DNA of 64,000 nucleotides from Bispira polyomma (Eukaryota): NCBI GenBank assembly GCA_965649765.1, contig OZ287750.1, positions 100,440,001 to 100,504,000 of the forward strand, read 5' to 3'. Shown piece by piece: positions 50,804 to 64,000 of this stretch (position 1 is its first letter; each line of letters starts with the position of its first letter). The notes under the pieces were generated by a model. It saw only the letters and a program-made list of their open reading frames with translations, ran no database searches and was not told where the DNA came from. The position numbers and the translations under genes were made by a program.

Positions 50804-53800
50804 ACGATGGTGACAAATCCTTCAGACAATACTCATCAAACATATGCCGTTGGACCGAAACCAGTGCAGATTAGTTTATCGAGATTTCTACACAATAAAC
50901 CACTGACCTTCAGCAGGTACTATCAACTTTCCAAAATGCAACTCATGGATGTGGACAAAAGTAGCTTAAACACTAGAAACTTTAGCAACGTGTCTTGGTG
51001 AAGACAATAAAAGTTACATAAAGCTCTGGCAACATCTTTATTATCATTCTTATAAGAGATGACAGCATCAGACACTATTTAATTGCTGACTTTCAAGACA
51101 ATATCAGTGTAACAAACCAAATACTCCGAAAAATGATCCCACTCTAGTAACCTTAGTAAACAAGAAAGGCGTGAATTCTAAAATCTTAGCAATAATTATC
51201 ATATATTCTTAAACGTTGAAACCTCTCACTCCCCAGTGAATTCTTGTGTTTATGCCCATTTGCCCACTTCACTTGTACAGGTCGAAAATATCTGCACCTA
51301 ATATATTTCTGGGTGTCATAGGTGTCACTTAAAAAGACTTACCCTGGAAGCACTAAAATACTACGGGTCACTTAATTATGGAGTCTGTCTGAATACTCGT
51401 TTAACATACCAAGCATTTGTGTCAAAGACTGAAACTTTATCAGAAATACAAGAGACATTGACAGCAGAGCAGGTCAATCCAATCTATAAATGAAAGAAAC
51501 AGCTGGAGCTCATTGTGAGCCACTTTCACATGTGATCTACGTGATACTAGCTTGTCACTTAACTGCTTTAGAAATAAGCTTAAAACCCACAGATTTTCTG
51601 CCTTAGCCTCATTCCCATTTCTGTCGTCTCTAAAGTCATGACCCCAATACAGCCAATGATAATTTTAAATTAAGAGATAGGATTTCCCTGTATCATGTGT
51701 TTTAGAATCCGCTAGCAGTGAGATAATCGCGATTACATTTAGATTAGATTAGGTCTACTTCAAGTGTCTACTAATTACAAACAAGTAATATGGGACGTAA
51801 TACAGTTGAAAAAGTTTGTTCTACAGATGATCTCATGATAATACTTAAAATGAAGGAAAATGAAGGGATATAACACCTGAGTGATCAGATAACTGCAAAA
51901 CTTTGGTTACAGTACATGGAATTGATAGACTTAACAATAATGCATGTTAAAGCATACCATACAGGAAACTGAAAATTATACTTTCCAGCGGCAGATCATA
52001 ATTTGTACACAAAAATTGTACATTTATTTATACAGAACATGCAGAAACTAAAGAAGAAAAGCCTATGTTATATAGAAATATTGTGATGGCCTTCATGTTG
52101 TCAGAGGATCTGACTGGTACTGCGATGGATTGAACAGGTGCTTCTGCAAAGCATTAAAAGATCACTGAGACTGGTGTGGCTTAAGGCAGTGTCAATCTGT
52201 GCAGAACTGAATAACTCTATGCAGGGACTTACCTCTGTTGTATATAGTACATGTGAAAAACATAAGATGAGAGGACAGGGAAATTAACGACCCGCTTGAA
52301 ATGATGACATTTATGAATGAAAGAAATCCATTTGCAGCAGATCCATGCTTACGTAATATTGTAACTGGTATTGTGTCCTCCTGTATTCTCCTAACAATTT
52401 GAAAAACTAGACAAATTGGAACTACAACTACTTTAGCATTCTTCAAGGACAGAAAATAACTAGGTCATGGTCAACACCATAGACATTACTTGTTCACCAG
52501 AGCTGGTATTATCGAAATAGACTAATGGTTAAACTCAATACTTATATGGTATATGTCACATTTACCACATACCATAATCAAAGTTAGACCAACTTTAGCA
52601 ACCCTACAAAGCAGCTGCTAAAAATAATATTTGGGCTAAAACTCATCCATGTTATCACCTCTAATACCCTACAAAATCATAACATTGTATTCTGATTGAG
52701 ATCTGAAGTATATGTATCATACAAATTCTGCAAATAATTATAACCACACATTGTAATATTCAAAATAGTTTATCTGTTTTTTTATATTGAGGGTAGATAT
52801 GTTACTCACATCGCTAAAAAGACTAGAATACCACCAAGGTAAACATGACATTCTATAAGTTGAACATTATTATTAATTTTCTATTATGCACTGCTCTCGC
52901 TGCATATTTTACAATGTATTCATACTATTACAATATATTTAACAGTAGCAAATACAATTATTGCTCCCAGTGAAATATTACAATTACAAGTTTCTATAAA
53001 TTTCTAAATTCTGGATTACCAACTTTTTTCAGCCCTCATCTATCCAAATATACATGCTCAGTCAGAACTAAGCCGAGTAACCCTGACAAATTATATCTAT
53101 GTCATTATAATATGTCAGTAGCAAATACAATTATTGCAGATATTAATTTGTCAGCCTTACGTTGAACAGTTGGTATAATTGTATAAATAATGTAGTCATT
53201 CATATTTCTAACATGTCTTTATTAGGGGTGAAAGATATCATAACATGAATTAGTTACAATATTTTGATACACCTACAAAGATTTATTGGTGTTTCATCAA
53301 CAATCACTTGGAATTAGGTAGATTTAACTAAATGGTGTACCAAATATATGAATATTTGATATCAACTGATAATATGAATTGCTCTCTAGTCTAAAAGCAC
53401 AGTTTACACTGATGTTAATGTTGCCAGGACTAATATAATATTCTTTATACCAACAATGTATATGGCACAATAATCCAAGGAAATTGTTTCAATAATCAAA
53501 CTTCAATGAATTTCACTAAAACTTTATAAAACTTCATCAAGAAGATAAAACGCACAATACTCGTCCTACCAGGCTCATACTGTACTGCATTCCCCACTCC
53601 CCCTTTAAAGAACCACAAAGACACTGAATGTGATTAAAATATTTAGTATATTTTACTAAAATGTTGTAAAAGACATACATGTGAACATTATGAATTTTTA
53701 ATATCAGAGAACATTATGTTTTTTTATGTTAATATGCTGGCCTGCATGAGGCCCATCTATATCATACACAATTTTCTTATATTTACGTACTGACAATTAC

Positions 53801-56039
53801 AGGCCAAAGCCTGAACATCGGATAATATTACCATTTCCTCGGTAACAGGTGAGGTCAGAAGACAAGGTAGATATACACAGAATGCGGTAAATTTATTTAT
53901 TAGACTAAGTGTTTGTTGACTACTATGTACATGGTGACTTAAGGGTCACCTTAAAATAAGTTTAAAATCAAAGTCACCCCAGTTCAAGCTGCAAAGTGCT
54001 ACCATCTAGCTCAAATCGCAAACCATCCTACATGGCTGGACAATACAGCCTCCTAAACTATGTGATAAGACAACCCTTAGGTAACACCATAACACAGTCA
54101 AAATCGAAACAGGATAACCCCTGTGTTTAACGGCAATAACAAAATTAGAGCAAAACACACACAACATCAACTGACCACCATGACGCTACAGGTCTATTAA
54201 GGAAGGACCGTTCCGACACTTCAGGTCTGTTAAGGGAGGACCAATCCAAAGTAACTCCTGTGATAGCTGGACAAAGTAGCACAGTGTCTAAGAGGTTAAC
54301 ATTGGTTGTCATAAGGCATAGTTCAGCGGTCACCCTGACAACCAGACACCTGTGCAACAAGCCCACTATCGGGAACATCCTCCATAAAAGGTGACCAAGC
54401 CAGCAATGTCATGCCATTTTACCAGTGGACCTCTCAAATCATATATCACTTCAAGAGTCTCAGTACCACCAGATGTCTCATAGAACCTAGCACACAAGTC
54501 AATGTATCTTGAACACCAATTTTTAATAACAATTCTACAGGGTAGACATATGGACACATATGGGTGGGTGATGAAATGTTTCTTCGAGTAGTGTATTCTC
54601 TGAGCCCAAAGTTGGAAAGACCTTGGAGAGAAAATATTGTATAGAATTAACCAATCTCCAATTAAGGGTAGTACAGTATTAGTATTTGGACTAGCCCATT
54701 TATGTGGGGCATTTGGAATATCCTAGTCAAGGGGGTGAAAGACCAACAGAGGTGGCATCTGAATGCCACCCCATCTTTTGTCATATATATTTTTTTTAAT
54801 ATACACCACTTGGGTAGTTTTACTATTGTATTACACTAAATAGTATGGATATCTATATTGTTATTAACAACACAAGTTGATGTACTAGGGTTTGAACCCA
54901 GGTCACTGTATTCTTAATAACCTTGTTACCCACTAAGCTATCAGGGTGGATAACATTTTCATTCCAAGGATGATCAATGTTGTGGTGTTGGAACGTGTCA
55001 CATGTCAGATATTACTTAGGTTTGGCTATTACATCAATTTTTACACTAGTGGTGTCATATAATAATGGCCACTTAAATGGTGGAGGCAATTAGAACAGGG
55101 TACATGGTCATTCTTTTATGTTTTGCAAGTCACCAAGCTTCATTGAGTTTACTGCTAACTTTCCCAAATACATACTAAATTTGCAACCACAACAGCTTTG
55201 GCGTTCAGTTGTATAGTATAGTAGTCATAAAGAAACCATTGATAAATGGTTTACCAATGGTTTAGTCATTGGACAAAAGATGCTGCATAAAGTTTATGCC
55301 AGCGCAATTCATTGGTTGGAATAAGTCTTAAAGAAAGGATCCCCAAAATTTGTAAGCAACGTTTAAATTTGTAATTGTATATAGTATTGTTTTAAGTGAT
55401 GAGTATATTTATGTTATGTATATATTAAACTAAATATTATAGATATATATTTTGTTATACATGTATTTGTGTCCACCAAGGTTTAAATCTTGGTTTTGCC
55501 TTCCAATTATGACTCATGCTGTGTTACTGGTATGTATTACTTGTCACACTTTAGTTTAGGTTAAACCACGATTTCTACACTTTTAGTGGATGGTCACTTC
55601 ACTAAGGGAGGAAATGAGAACAGGGTAAATGGTCAAGGTTTTATTTTGCAAAAACACTGGCCTTCAGAAAGTCTACTGCCAACTTTCCCAAATACATGCT
55701 AGTGCAGATTCAAAGCCACGACAGCAGAGGTGGGAGGCAAGTTTATGACCACTACACAAATTTTCAAAGAACAAGAAACTTTGTAAACAACACTGTATGA
55801 AGACTACCCACACACTGCGCACGCATTGTGCACGCAGGCACAATATCCCAAAATTTGCAAGTCCATCATCACTGGCAAAGGTCACAGTCATATCCGTCTT
55901 CAAGGTGTGATAATATAAAAATTCGTCAAATCTGAGGTTGCAGTATATAAATACAAACTATTTCTTTGCATACATCATTTCATATAATCCTAACAACAAT
56001 GCAGGTCATATTTTCACACATTTTACAGCATATTATTCG

Positions 56040-56872
56040 GCAAACATCATACACGCAACAGGAAAAACTGTGCAGCTGTTTCTCAGTTGATATTCTTGGC
56101 AACAGGCTTTTACCAGCTGACAAAGTATGCAACCAGGGGGTGTTGTTCGCATCCGAATTCTCCTTCTCTAACCATGTTGCATCAGTGTGTAGATCATGTT
56201 TTGTTGGCCTCTGTAATTTCAGGCTGATTTGACGTTATCTCACTAAACCCACAGCAATCACTATTGCAAACGCATTGGTCAGCAATAGACATAATTACTG
56301 CAACTCTCTGTTCCGTTCCCTATCTTGTAGTGATCTTAGATGCCTTCAGAATATTAAACACTCACTGGCTCGGATTGTGGCCAAAACTTCTAAATTTTCT
56401 CACATTACTCCTGTACTCAAGTCACTGCACTGGCTCCCATTGAAATATTACAATTACAAGTTTCTATAAATTTCTAAATTCTGGATTACCCACTTTTTTC
56501 AGCCCCATCTATCCAAATATACATGCTCAGTCAGAACTAAGCTGAGTAACCCTGATAAATGATATCTTAATATTCCCACTTTTGACCCTCGCATCCACAA
56601 ATCTAAAATACATTTTAATCATTGCCTATCTCATGATAACCCCTTCATATGGAACTTTCTCGTCTTTCAGAAGTAAGCTGAAGGCCTACCTTTTTTAACA
56701 GGCCTTTCCACCTTAGTCGTCGCAACAATTCAGGTAGTCTTTCTGGTTATGACCTTCACCGATTCGCCCACCGATTTTGATTGTTGATTAATGTTTGGGT
56801 TTGTCGCACCTTAGAATTTGTTTTACAAAGATTAAGTGCTATAAAAGTATGACTAGATTAGATTAGACTAGT
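56040..56872 (+). mobile_element. L2-clade LINE 3' fragment
   Basis: NYCNSLF...HITPVLKSLHWLP; tail gtgctataaaagtatgactagattagattag; same family as 49262-50803. Confidence 0.8.
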
Positions 56873-58254
56873 ATAAATGTGGCGAGAACCTGAACAGTGT
56901 AACTGCCACATAAACTACAGCACAATTTATGTTTGTAAATTTTAGTATGGGCCGGTGTACTGTAATCCACACTATATACTGCTCTATATAGTGTGTGCTT
57001 GTTGGTTGGTCATTTCTTTTAACCTGTTGTTTGTGTATAGCCATCCTATCAAACTAGAAATATCGCTGTGGTATTTTTAACCTATAACCCTAGCCTGGAT
57101 AAAACAGGTCTTTTTCAATTATAAATATACATAATGTGTTAACACAAATCTAAAACAATCATTTTATTACCAACACATATGTTGGAAAGCTATCCCACAA
57201 GTGATTTAATAAAAAAATGTTTTGTGACCGGTGACACATGTAGTGCTACAAATACAGTATTTCAGACTGTTTCAATCCCTGTAAATCAGAGATTATGTTA
57301 CACTTGAGAAAGGCTGTTATAGAACAGATGCGAACAGTTTATTTGGTAGTGTACAGAATTGAAAATTTTCACTAGCTGACACTTGGTGTGTTTTTCTTGC
57401 AAGTCAAACTTTTGTTTTATAAAAATATTTTAATTTTGGTCCATATTAGTGTTACAAATCTACTCCAATTATTTTCATAATTTTATTTACATGGCCATTT
57501 GGTCTGTGCATTGAGGTTTATCTTTTTGTTTTTGGTTAAAGACAGATACACAACAAACCAAATCTTGTAAACACAAACTTGGCATGTAGTACTTGTAAAG
57601 CAGAAACTATCCTGCTTTTGTTATGTATGGTTTATGTTTAATGACACAGTGGTTGACAGACACTAATGTTCTTTTGTGTACATGTGTACTTCATTTGTTT
57701 TGATCAGTGCTTTGTAACGGGTACTTCTAATATGCTTATGAACACTGTTTGTCTTGTGTGATCGGAAGCTGCCTCGCTCAAACCAAATGTAAAAAAATAC
57801 TGGGAAATCCCCGTAATGTTTGTGCCAGTCGCTAGGCAGTGTAGATGTATTCACTTACCCTTAATTATTTAGAATTAAGACTTTATAGACATTCCCCTTT
57901 TCCATCACAAATTTGAAGTTATCCCATGGACCAGCCTTCATATCCAATAATGTTCCATCAATGATTTGCATTATGGTTATAATAAGGCTATAGTTCATAC
58001 ATCTAGTCAAAGATTATATTAAGTGTTTCAATAAAAACTAAATCAATGTACGATGATAAACTTTACCATTTAAAAATGACCTGTGCTTAAAGTAACTATG
58101 AAAACCAAATATAGGTACAGGTACTAGTACTTTATTTCTGCATAAACATAGACTACATTTATTTATCACTTTGATGAATATGATTAGTTCTTTCAGTCTC
58201 TTATGCAACCTGTGTTTCATCTTCTCTGATCATAGTTGCAAAGACATCAAGACT

Positions 58255-61200
58255 TTAAGGACAAACTAAAACAAATAATTATTACATGCATATGAAAAAA
58301 TTGCTCAAATACAAGCTGTCTGATTATATTAAGTTGTTATTTAAATACTAATGTTTAGTAAAGTTTGTTTTTGAATTTAAGGAATGTTGCAAACCTTTTA
58401 CTGGTGTTTGACATAAACGAATGATGCGCTGAATTTCTTGAAAGTCATCAACAGAGAATACACGCCTTGTAATCCCACAGGCCAGTATTTCTAGCTGATT
58501 TGGATCCACTTCATGACCAACTCCAATAACCAGAACCCTGTTAGAATTCAATTGGTTTTGTGGAACATGTATAATTAGTCTTCTGGAGTAACATGGAACA
58601 TTTCAATATGACTACTCAGTGTCTTGGATTCTGACTGGTTAATCAGACTATCTATACTGAATAAAACTATGAAATGAGCGGAACACAAGAATTATTCAAT
58701 TTAAAATAACCAAAAGTAAAAAAATGAAATAATCCATATATTTATATTATCATTTACTCATGCTATCATTTACCTCCACAAGCTAAATTTGAAAATGTTT
58801 CTGATCTGTACAATTACTTTTATTCATATTTCCACTCAGCAGTAAAATATGACCTTTGAACATGCGTCCATGAAAATGTATAGGATTTCTTTGCACAAAA
58901 TGTCACCAAAAATTGAACATAATATAAAACATAATTCTGAAGCAATGTTATGGTACATAATTTAAAGGCTGTTGATCTTCTTTTGGGAAATAATATTTTC
59001 ATATGCCTCTGGTAGTTATGCTATTATCTTAATCGTTTTACCATGCACACTAAAATAATAGTAATTAATCGGGGTTGATTAAGTTAACACAATAGTTGTA
59101 AATATTATAACGCGACTGTAATTTGGGTATATCATTTTTTTAGAAGGTCTTGTAGTGTAGTAAAGAAATGTAAAACATATTGTTATTAAAGAGGTGATTT
59201 GTCTTTATATTTTCTTCAGAGGTCAGATTTTTAGTGATTCATACTTACTTGTTATTAGCATTACACAATCGCTTAATTACTTTTTTGTCTATATATCGCC
59301 GAGTCTTACTTCCTGTCATTATTATTGTCAAGTTAGGTGCCCCTAGTCTGAAAAAAAATTTAGTGCAAGTATTTTATTTGGAGCATAACTAGAATACCAT
59401 GTATATCAGGTGCCATGTATATGTTATAGTGAGCCATGGGTTTGAGAACAGACTTAATTGTCTACATAACCACTTATGTGAGGTGAAGCACAAAGGTCCC
59501 CAAATAAAAACAGATCAATTCAGTTGTTATGTTTGAACTGCATGCTGCTAAAAATAATGACCTCAAGCATTACCCTCATGTGGGATGTATTTAATACACC
59601 ACAGTTTTATTTTAGAAAACAGTTTGATATGTTTCCTGTCGCATCACCACCCCTTCACATTGTGCAATCACAACCACATTTTAGATGTGTTCTTGCATAT
59701 TTTGCAGTAAATTTTAAGAGCACAACATACACTCTCAGGTTTAATTATGATAAAAAACATTTATTATCCTTGCAAGTCGAAATTAGAAATAACACTTCAT
59801 TTAAACAGCAGCTGCTAAAAAATGCCATGTTCAGTTTTTCACCAAAATAAATAGATTACTATAGAAAAAAAGACTCATTTATTTTATAATTTATCCCTAG
59901 TAGTATCAGCAGAATAGTAAAATATAGGTAAAAGTTAATTCATTTACCTGTTTCCTGGCCCTTTCCAAACTCTTTTTACAACGTTCTTCAGAATTCTGGT
60001 AAAGCTTATGAGTCTAGTATCTATTTTTTTAATGTTGTATATGTAATTTACCAATTTTGTGTAATTGATTATGCTAAAAGTTTGTAAGTTCCAGTTCAAC
60101 ACTGGACTTCGGCCAAAGGTCATAACAGCCACCTAAAGCAATAGAAGCTTAATATTACACTGCTACATAATTTATGTAGGTGAGTCCAATAAAATAACAG
60201 ACCAGTGTACAGTTTGGACATGCTAATTTATTATATATTGAAAAATTAACAATAAATATATATACAAAAAGTTGTTCAATACAATCCAATATTTAGATAA
60301 TAGAAATTGAGTGTTTTATATACTTGGCATACATATTTAAAATTGTAGCTTACAGAAAGTAGCAGCTTATATCACTAGAAAACAAATTCACTTTGATGTA
60401 TATATTTCATTTAATAACTAGACCTATCGCATCTGAGAACTGATGCATTTTTGTATCCACCAGAAAGACAAAGCACCCTAGATAGCAAGCACCCTAGCTA
60501 GCACCCAAGCTAGAAGACTATGATTTCCTATAGGGCATTTATGCCAAAGCCTTAAATGGCACAAGTGGGTTTCACATTGCAAACCTGTGGGACCAATAAC
60601 AAGTCTGAGATAGGCACTTTAAAGTTCGACCTACCCGTTTGCCCTTGCACGAGGAATCCAAGGTTAAATCAAACCACCTCAAATAATTCCCAGGCCTTGA
60701 TTTCCTACAGGTTGGTTTCATATTTCGAACATCTAGGACAAATAATAAGCAAGATATAGGCACTTTTAAGTTAGGACATCCACATTCGTTCTCGAATGAG
60801 GGGCTCAAGGTCAAATGGGACTAAAAGAATCCCAGGCCATGATTTTATATAGGTTGGTTTCACACCCAAAACCTCTAGGACCAATAATAAGCGAGCTATA
60901 GTCACTTTTAGGTTTGGCCATCTGCATTAGACTTTAAACGAGGGGCCCAATGTCAAATTGGACCACATCAAAAGATTCCCAGGCCATGATTTCCTATAGG
61001 TTGGTTTTACATCCAAACTTGTTTGACCAAAAATAAGCGAGATAAAGGCACTTTCAGGTTTGTCCATCCCTGTTGGACTTTAAAGAAAAGGTCCAAGGTC
61101 AAATCTAAGCACATCAAAAGATCAAAAGTTCCCTGCTCAGGATTTCCTATAGGTTGGTTTTGGATCCCAAACCTCTTGGACCAATATTAAGCGAGATATA

Positions 61201-63969
61201 GGCACCTTTATGTTTGGCCAAAATTGGTCACTTGGGATACTTTGGCACTCTGTCAATGACCTTGAATAAGGAGATTGTGTGCATACTTATACAGGGCATA
61301 TGATTTCGTTAAACGTATCACCCATGAAGAGATTTAACCTTATACAGCTGGGAAACAGACACAGTTAAAAGCCGGATTATTTTTTTAAAAATGCCAGTGA
61401 CGGCCATGTTGTATTTCAAAATGAGGCTAAAATTACTCTCAAGCAGGCTTTTGTAATAAAAAACATTTCCAGTTAATTTTAGGAGCCTAGATATAAAAGT
61501 TTTCCCAGGAGAGCGGTAACAGTAAAATCTCTACACATACTGACACGGTGGCGGTCGAGTAACGAAGTGTAATCCATAGTAAAACTGTGGTGGATACAAT
61601 TAATGATTAGCAAAGTATTACCTGCACATGACACCTACTGATATTGAGTCCATCAATCAAGTTTCCTATGAAATCTTTTTCAACAAGAAATTCTTCCTCG
61701 GTCACTTTAGAACTTGCATCAATGATAAATAAGATGTCCAATGCATCGCCCAGAACTGTTGGGTAATATACAAGCCACAATGTATTTATGAAATATTATC
61801 ATTATTTAACAATATACTCTAATACCAGTTCAAATGACATCAGCTTAACTTAACTAACCAGAGTTCTTGAAGATCATCTGTCCCAAATAAAGCACTCAAT
61901 CAGACAATACCAATAGTGGGCTTTAGAAGATTAAAATATCTATAATGTGCACTGGTAAAAGCATATTGATAAAAATGCTCAATTTGATACTTATAGCGCA
62001 GCATTCCAGAAGGGTCCAGTGATCACGGCCACTTGTGATAATAATGAGCCTAATAAATCAGTGAGCTTCAATACCATGGCCGAGACAGGGCCCTATAGAA
62101 ATTACTACAGTGGAAGAAATGATCAAAATGGCTGCCGTAGTTAGAGATACAGGTTTTCCTAATTACAGGCAGACAAGGATTAACAATACCAATCACTACT
62201 CTTCTAGTCAATACATTGACTGAGAAAACACATACTTAAGTAGGGAACAGGATAAGGAAGCCATGATTGGTCCAGTATCAGCAGTTGACTCATTATATTA
62301 CTACTGTTATCCTGTGCTAACAAGGCTCAATGACAGTAATGAGCATTTAATATTTAAGACCTATCTTATCTCTAGGGAATTTTATTAAATGATAACGTTA
62401 ATAGAACAAAATTTGATGTATTGAATTTTGTGTTTTTCCTGCAATTGACGATATTACATGTTGCTTGGCAACACTACAGAAACATACTGTTTAAATTTGA
62501 TGTTGCAGGCGCATATTGAAACTTTAATGCCCTCAAAATAGGCGTCATTTCGATGTATAGCTAGTTCATTGATCCGACTTGGTTCATGTTAGCGCAGCAT
62601 TCCAGAAGGGCTCTGATGCAGGTATGTCACATATGCATAGAGAAAAATTCTACTTTTTTGGTTATATTTCTGATTATGTATGTGTCTGTACTAACGATAA
62701 AACTAAACAGAGGCTTGATACATTTTACAAGATTTAGGTCTCCATACTAAAGCAGACAAGCTTATCCTTTGTGTGTCAAGTCGGCGGGTTCCTTATTAAC
62801 ATACATCAAAGTTAGTTAAAGGTGAATACAAAGGGAGAAAGTTCAAGGTGACCACAACAATGCATAATGATCTGAATTGGTTCCAATATATTTTGCCACT
62901 TTTCACTTTTGCTTCATCCATTCCTTTGTCTATCGAGGTTGAGCTTAGGGTTTTAAAATTTTATTTTTTAATTTTAAGCTTTCCTTTTATCTGTAACATT
63001 TTATCTATAAAATGCCCAAACCTATTATTTCACTGAGTTATCAATTTACATTTGAACTTCATCTGCCCTTTAAATTATTCAAATTTCACCGCACATCCTG
63101 GGACTGACATATTTTAGAGGTTCAATACCAACAGGCCAGGTTTAGCAGTGTCCATGTACAAAGCCTACTTTTATCCTAAAATTCAAAGCATTGCTGGAAG
63201 TTATGGGTTAGTGTTAGATAAATAATCTGCAGTGCGCATTGCGATTTCAGAGAACAACCCTGAAGAGGATACATATATACAGATAATGCCTTTTCCAAAA
63301 GAGGATATTTTTATAAAAAAATAGGTGAAAATTGCCACACCTACAATATGTACATCCAGAAAATGAGACCTAAACTCCAAAGAAAATATGCGAAAGTCCT
63401 AAGACCTGACAACAACCAACCTCAAAAGCTGGATAATAAATAATTTAGTAATAAATTGATGTTGTATTATTAGATTCCTGTCTCTAAATACATACCTTAT
63501 TAGTAAATGAACTTGTAAGCATGTATACTTCAAATAACTATCAGGTATTCATGTTACATGTGCCATACACCGGTATACCCTTATTACTAAATAAACTTTT
63601 GGACATGTATTGCTCAAATAACTACCACATATATATAGTACACAGGACTTATATCACTGGAAACCAATTGTAACCAATAAAACTTTCCCGTCGACATATC
63701 TGGTGATACCAGTTCTACCTGTTTAGCTTTGTTTAGTACAAAGTTTATAACAAATTATACTTAAATTTTAGCGCCTGTCTGCTACTATGTAGATTAGGTG
63801 CCTGGAGGAGTGTCATTAGATTGGATTAAATTACATTTCTAAGAGCAACTGTTTCACAGAGGAAGATATGGTTATTACTGTTATTTGTTTGGGGAAAACA
63901 TAATATAAACAACACAAACTTACCGCTAGGAGTGCAAATTAGAGTTAAAAATACTATCATAGATTCCAT
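58255..63969 (-). CDS. Secreted single von Willebrand A-domain protein, paralog B (205 aa, 6 coding exons)
   Basis: Exons 63969-63924, 61755-61622, 60132-59948, 59347-59249, 58537-58395 and 58265-58255 are all GT-AG and in phase. Protein: MESMIVFLTLICTPSVLG-DALDILFIIDASSKVTEEEFLVEKDFIGNLIDGLNISRCHVQVAVMTFG...GNRLGAPNLTIIMTGS...KVLVIGVGHEVDPNQLEILACG...CQTPVKVCP*. Confidence 0.87.
60416..61600 (-). mobile_element. Second Helentron-type element with a ~146-bp array, in intron 2 of vWA gene B
   Basis: Same termini (ctagaccta.cgcatc.gag.ac.gatgc...tgtatccacc and ggtggatacaat) and the same repeat unit as 9536-10727, but more diverged. It ends ~20 nt from the exon 2 donor. Confidence 0.78.
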
Positions 63970-64000
63970 ATTTTTCTTAATTCGTGATGATAAATGTTTC

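Overview
AT-rich eukaryotic DNA, probably from an invertebrate; a mollusc-like or other lophotrochozoan source is my inference from the repeat families. No prokaryotic operons, rRNA, genuine tRNA genes or CRISPR arrays are visible. Transposons dominate: an apparently very recent Gmr1-like Gypsy LTR element (953-7541) lacking its RNase H core and nested in an Ngaro-like tyrosine-recombinase (YR) retroelement, four more Ngaro-like pieces, L2, Nimb and Tx1 LINE relics, a Harbinger relic, two Helentron-type elements carrying ~146-bp satellite arrays, two tRNA-derived SINEs and a MITE. The ORF track largely misses two paralogous six-exon minus-strand genes (13425-21287 and 58255-63969). Each encodes a ~205-aa secreted single-vWA protein with a degenerate MIDAS, and their coding exons appear to have diverged faster than their introns. 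A third copy of the same promoter and signal-peptide exon (30394-30439) has no vWA exons of its own; it may be an alternative first exon or encode a small secreted peptide. This gene cluster is the best candidate for an undescribed system. All alignments and counts were done by eye.
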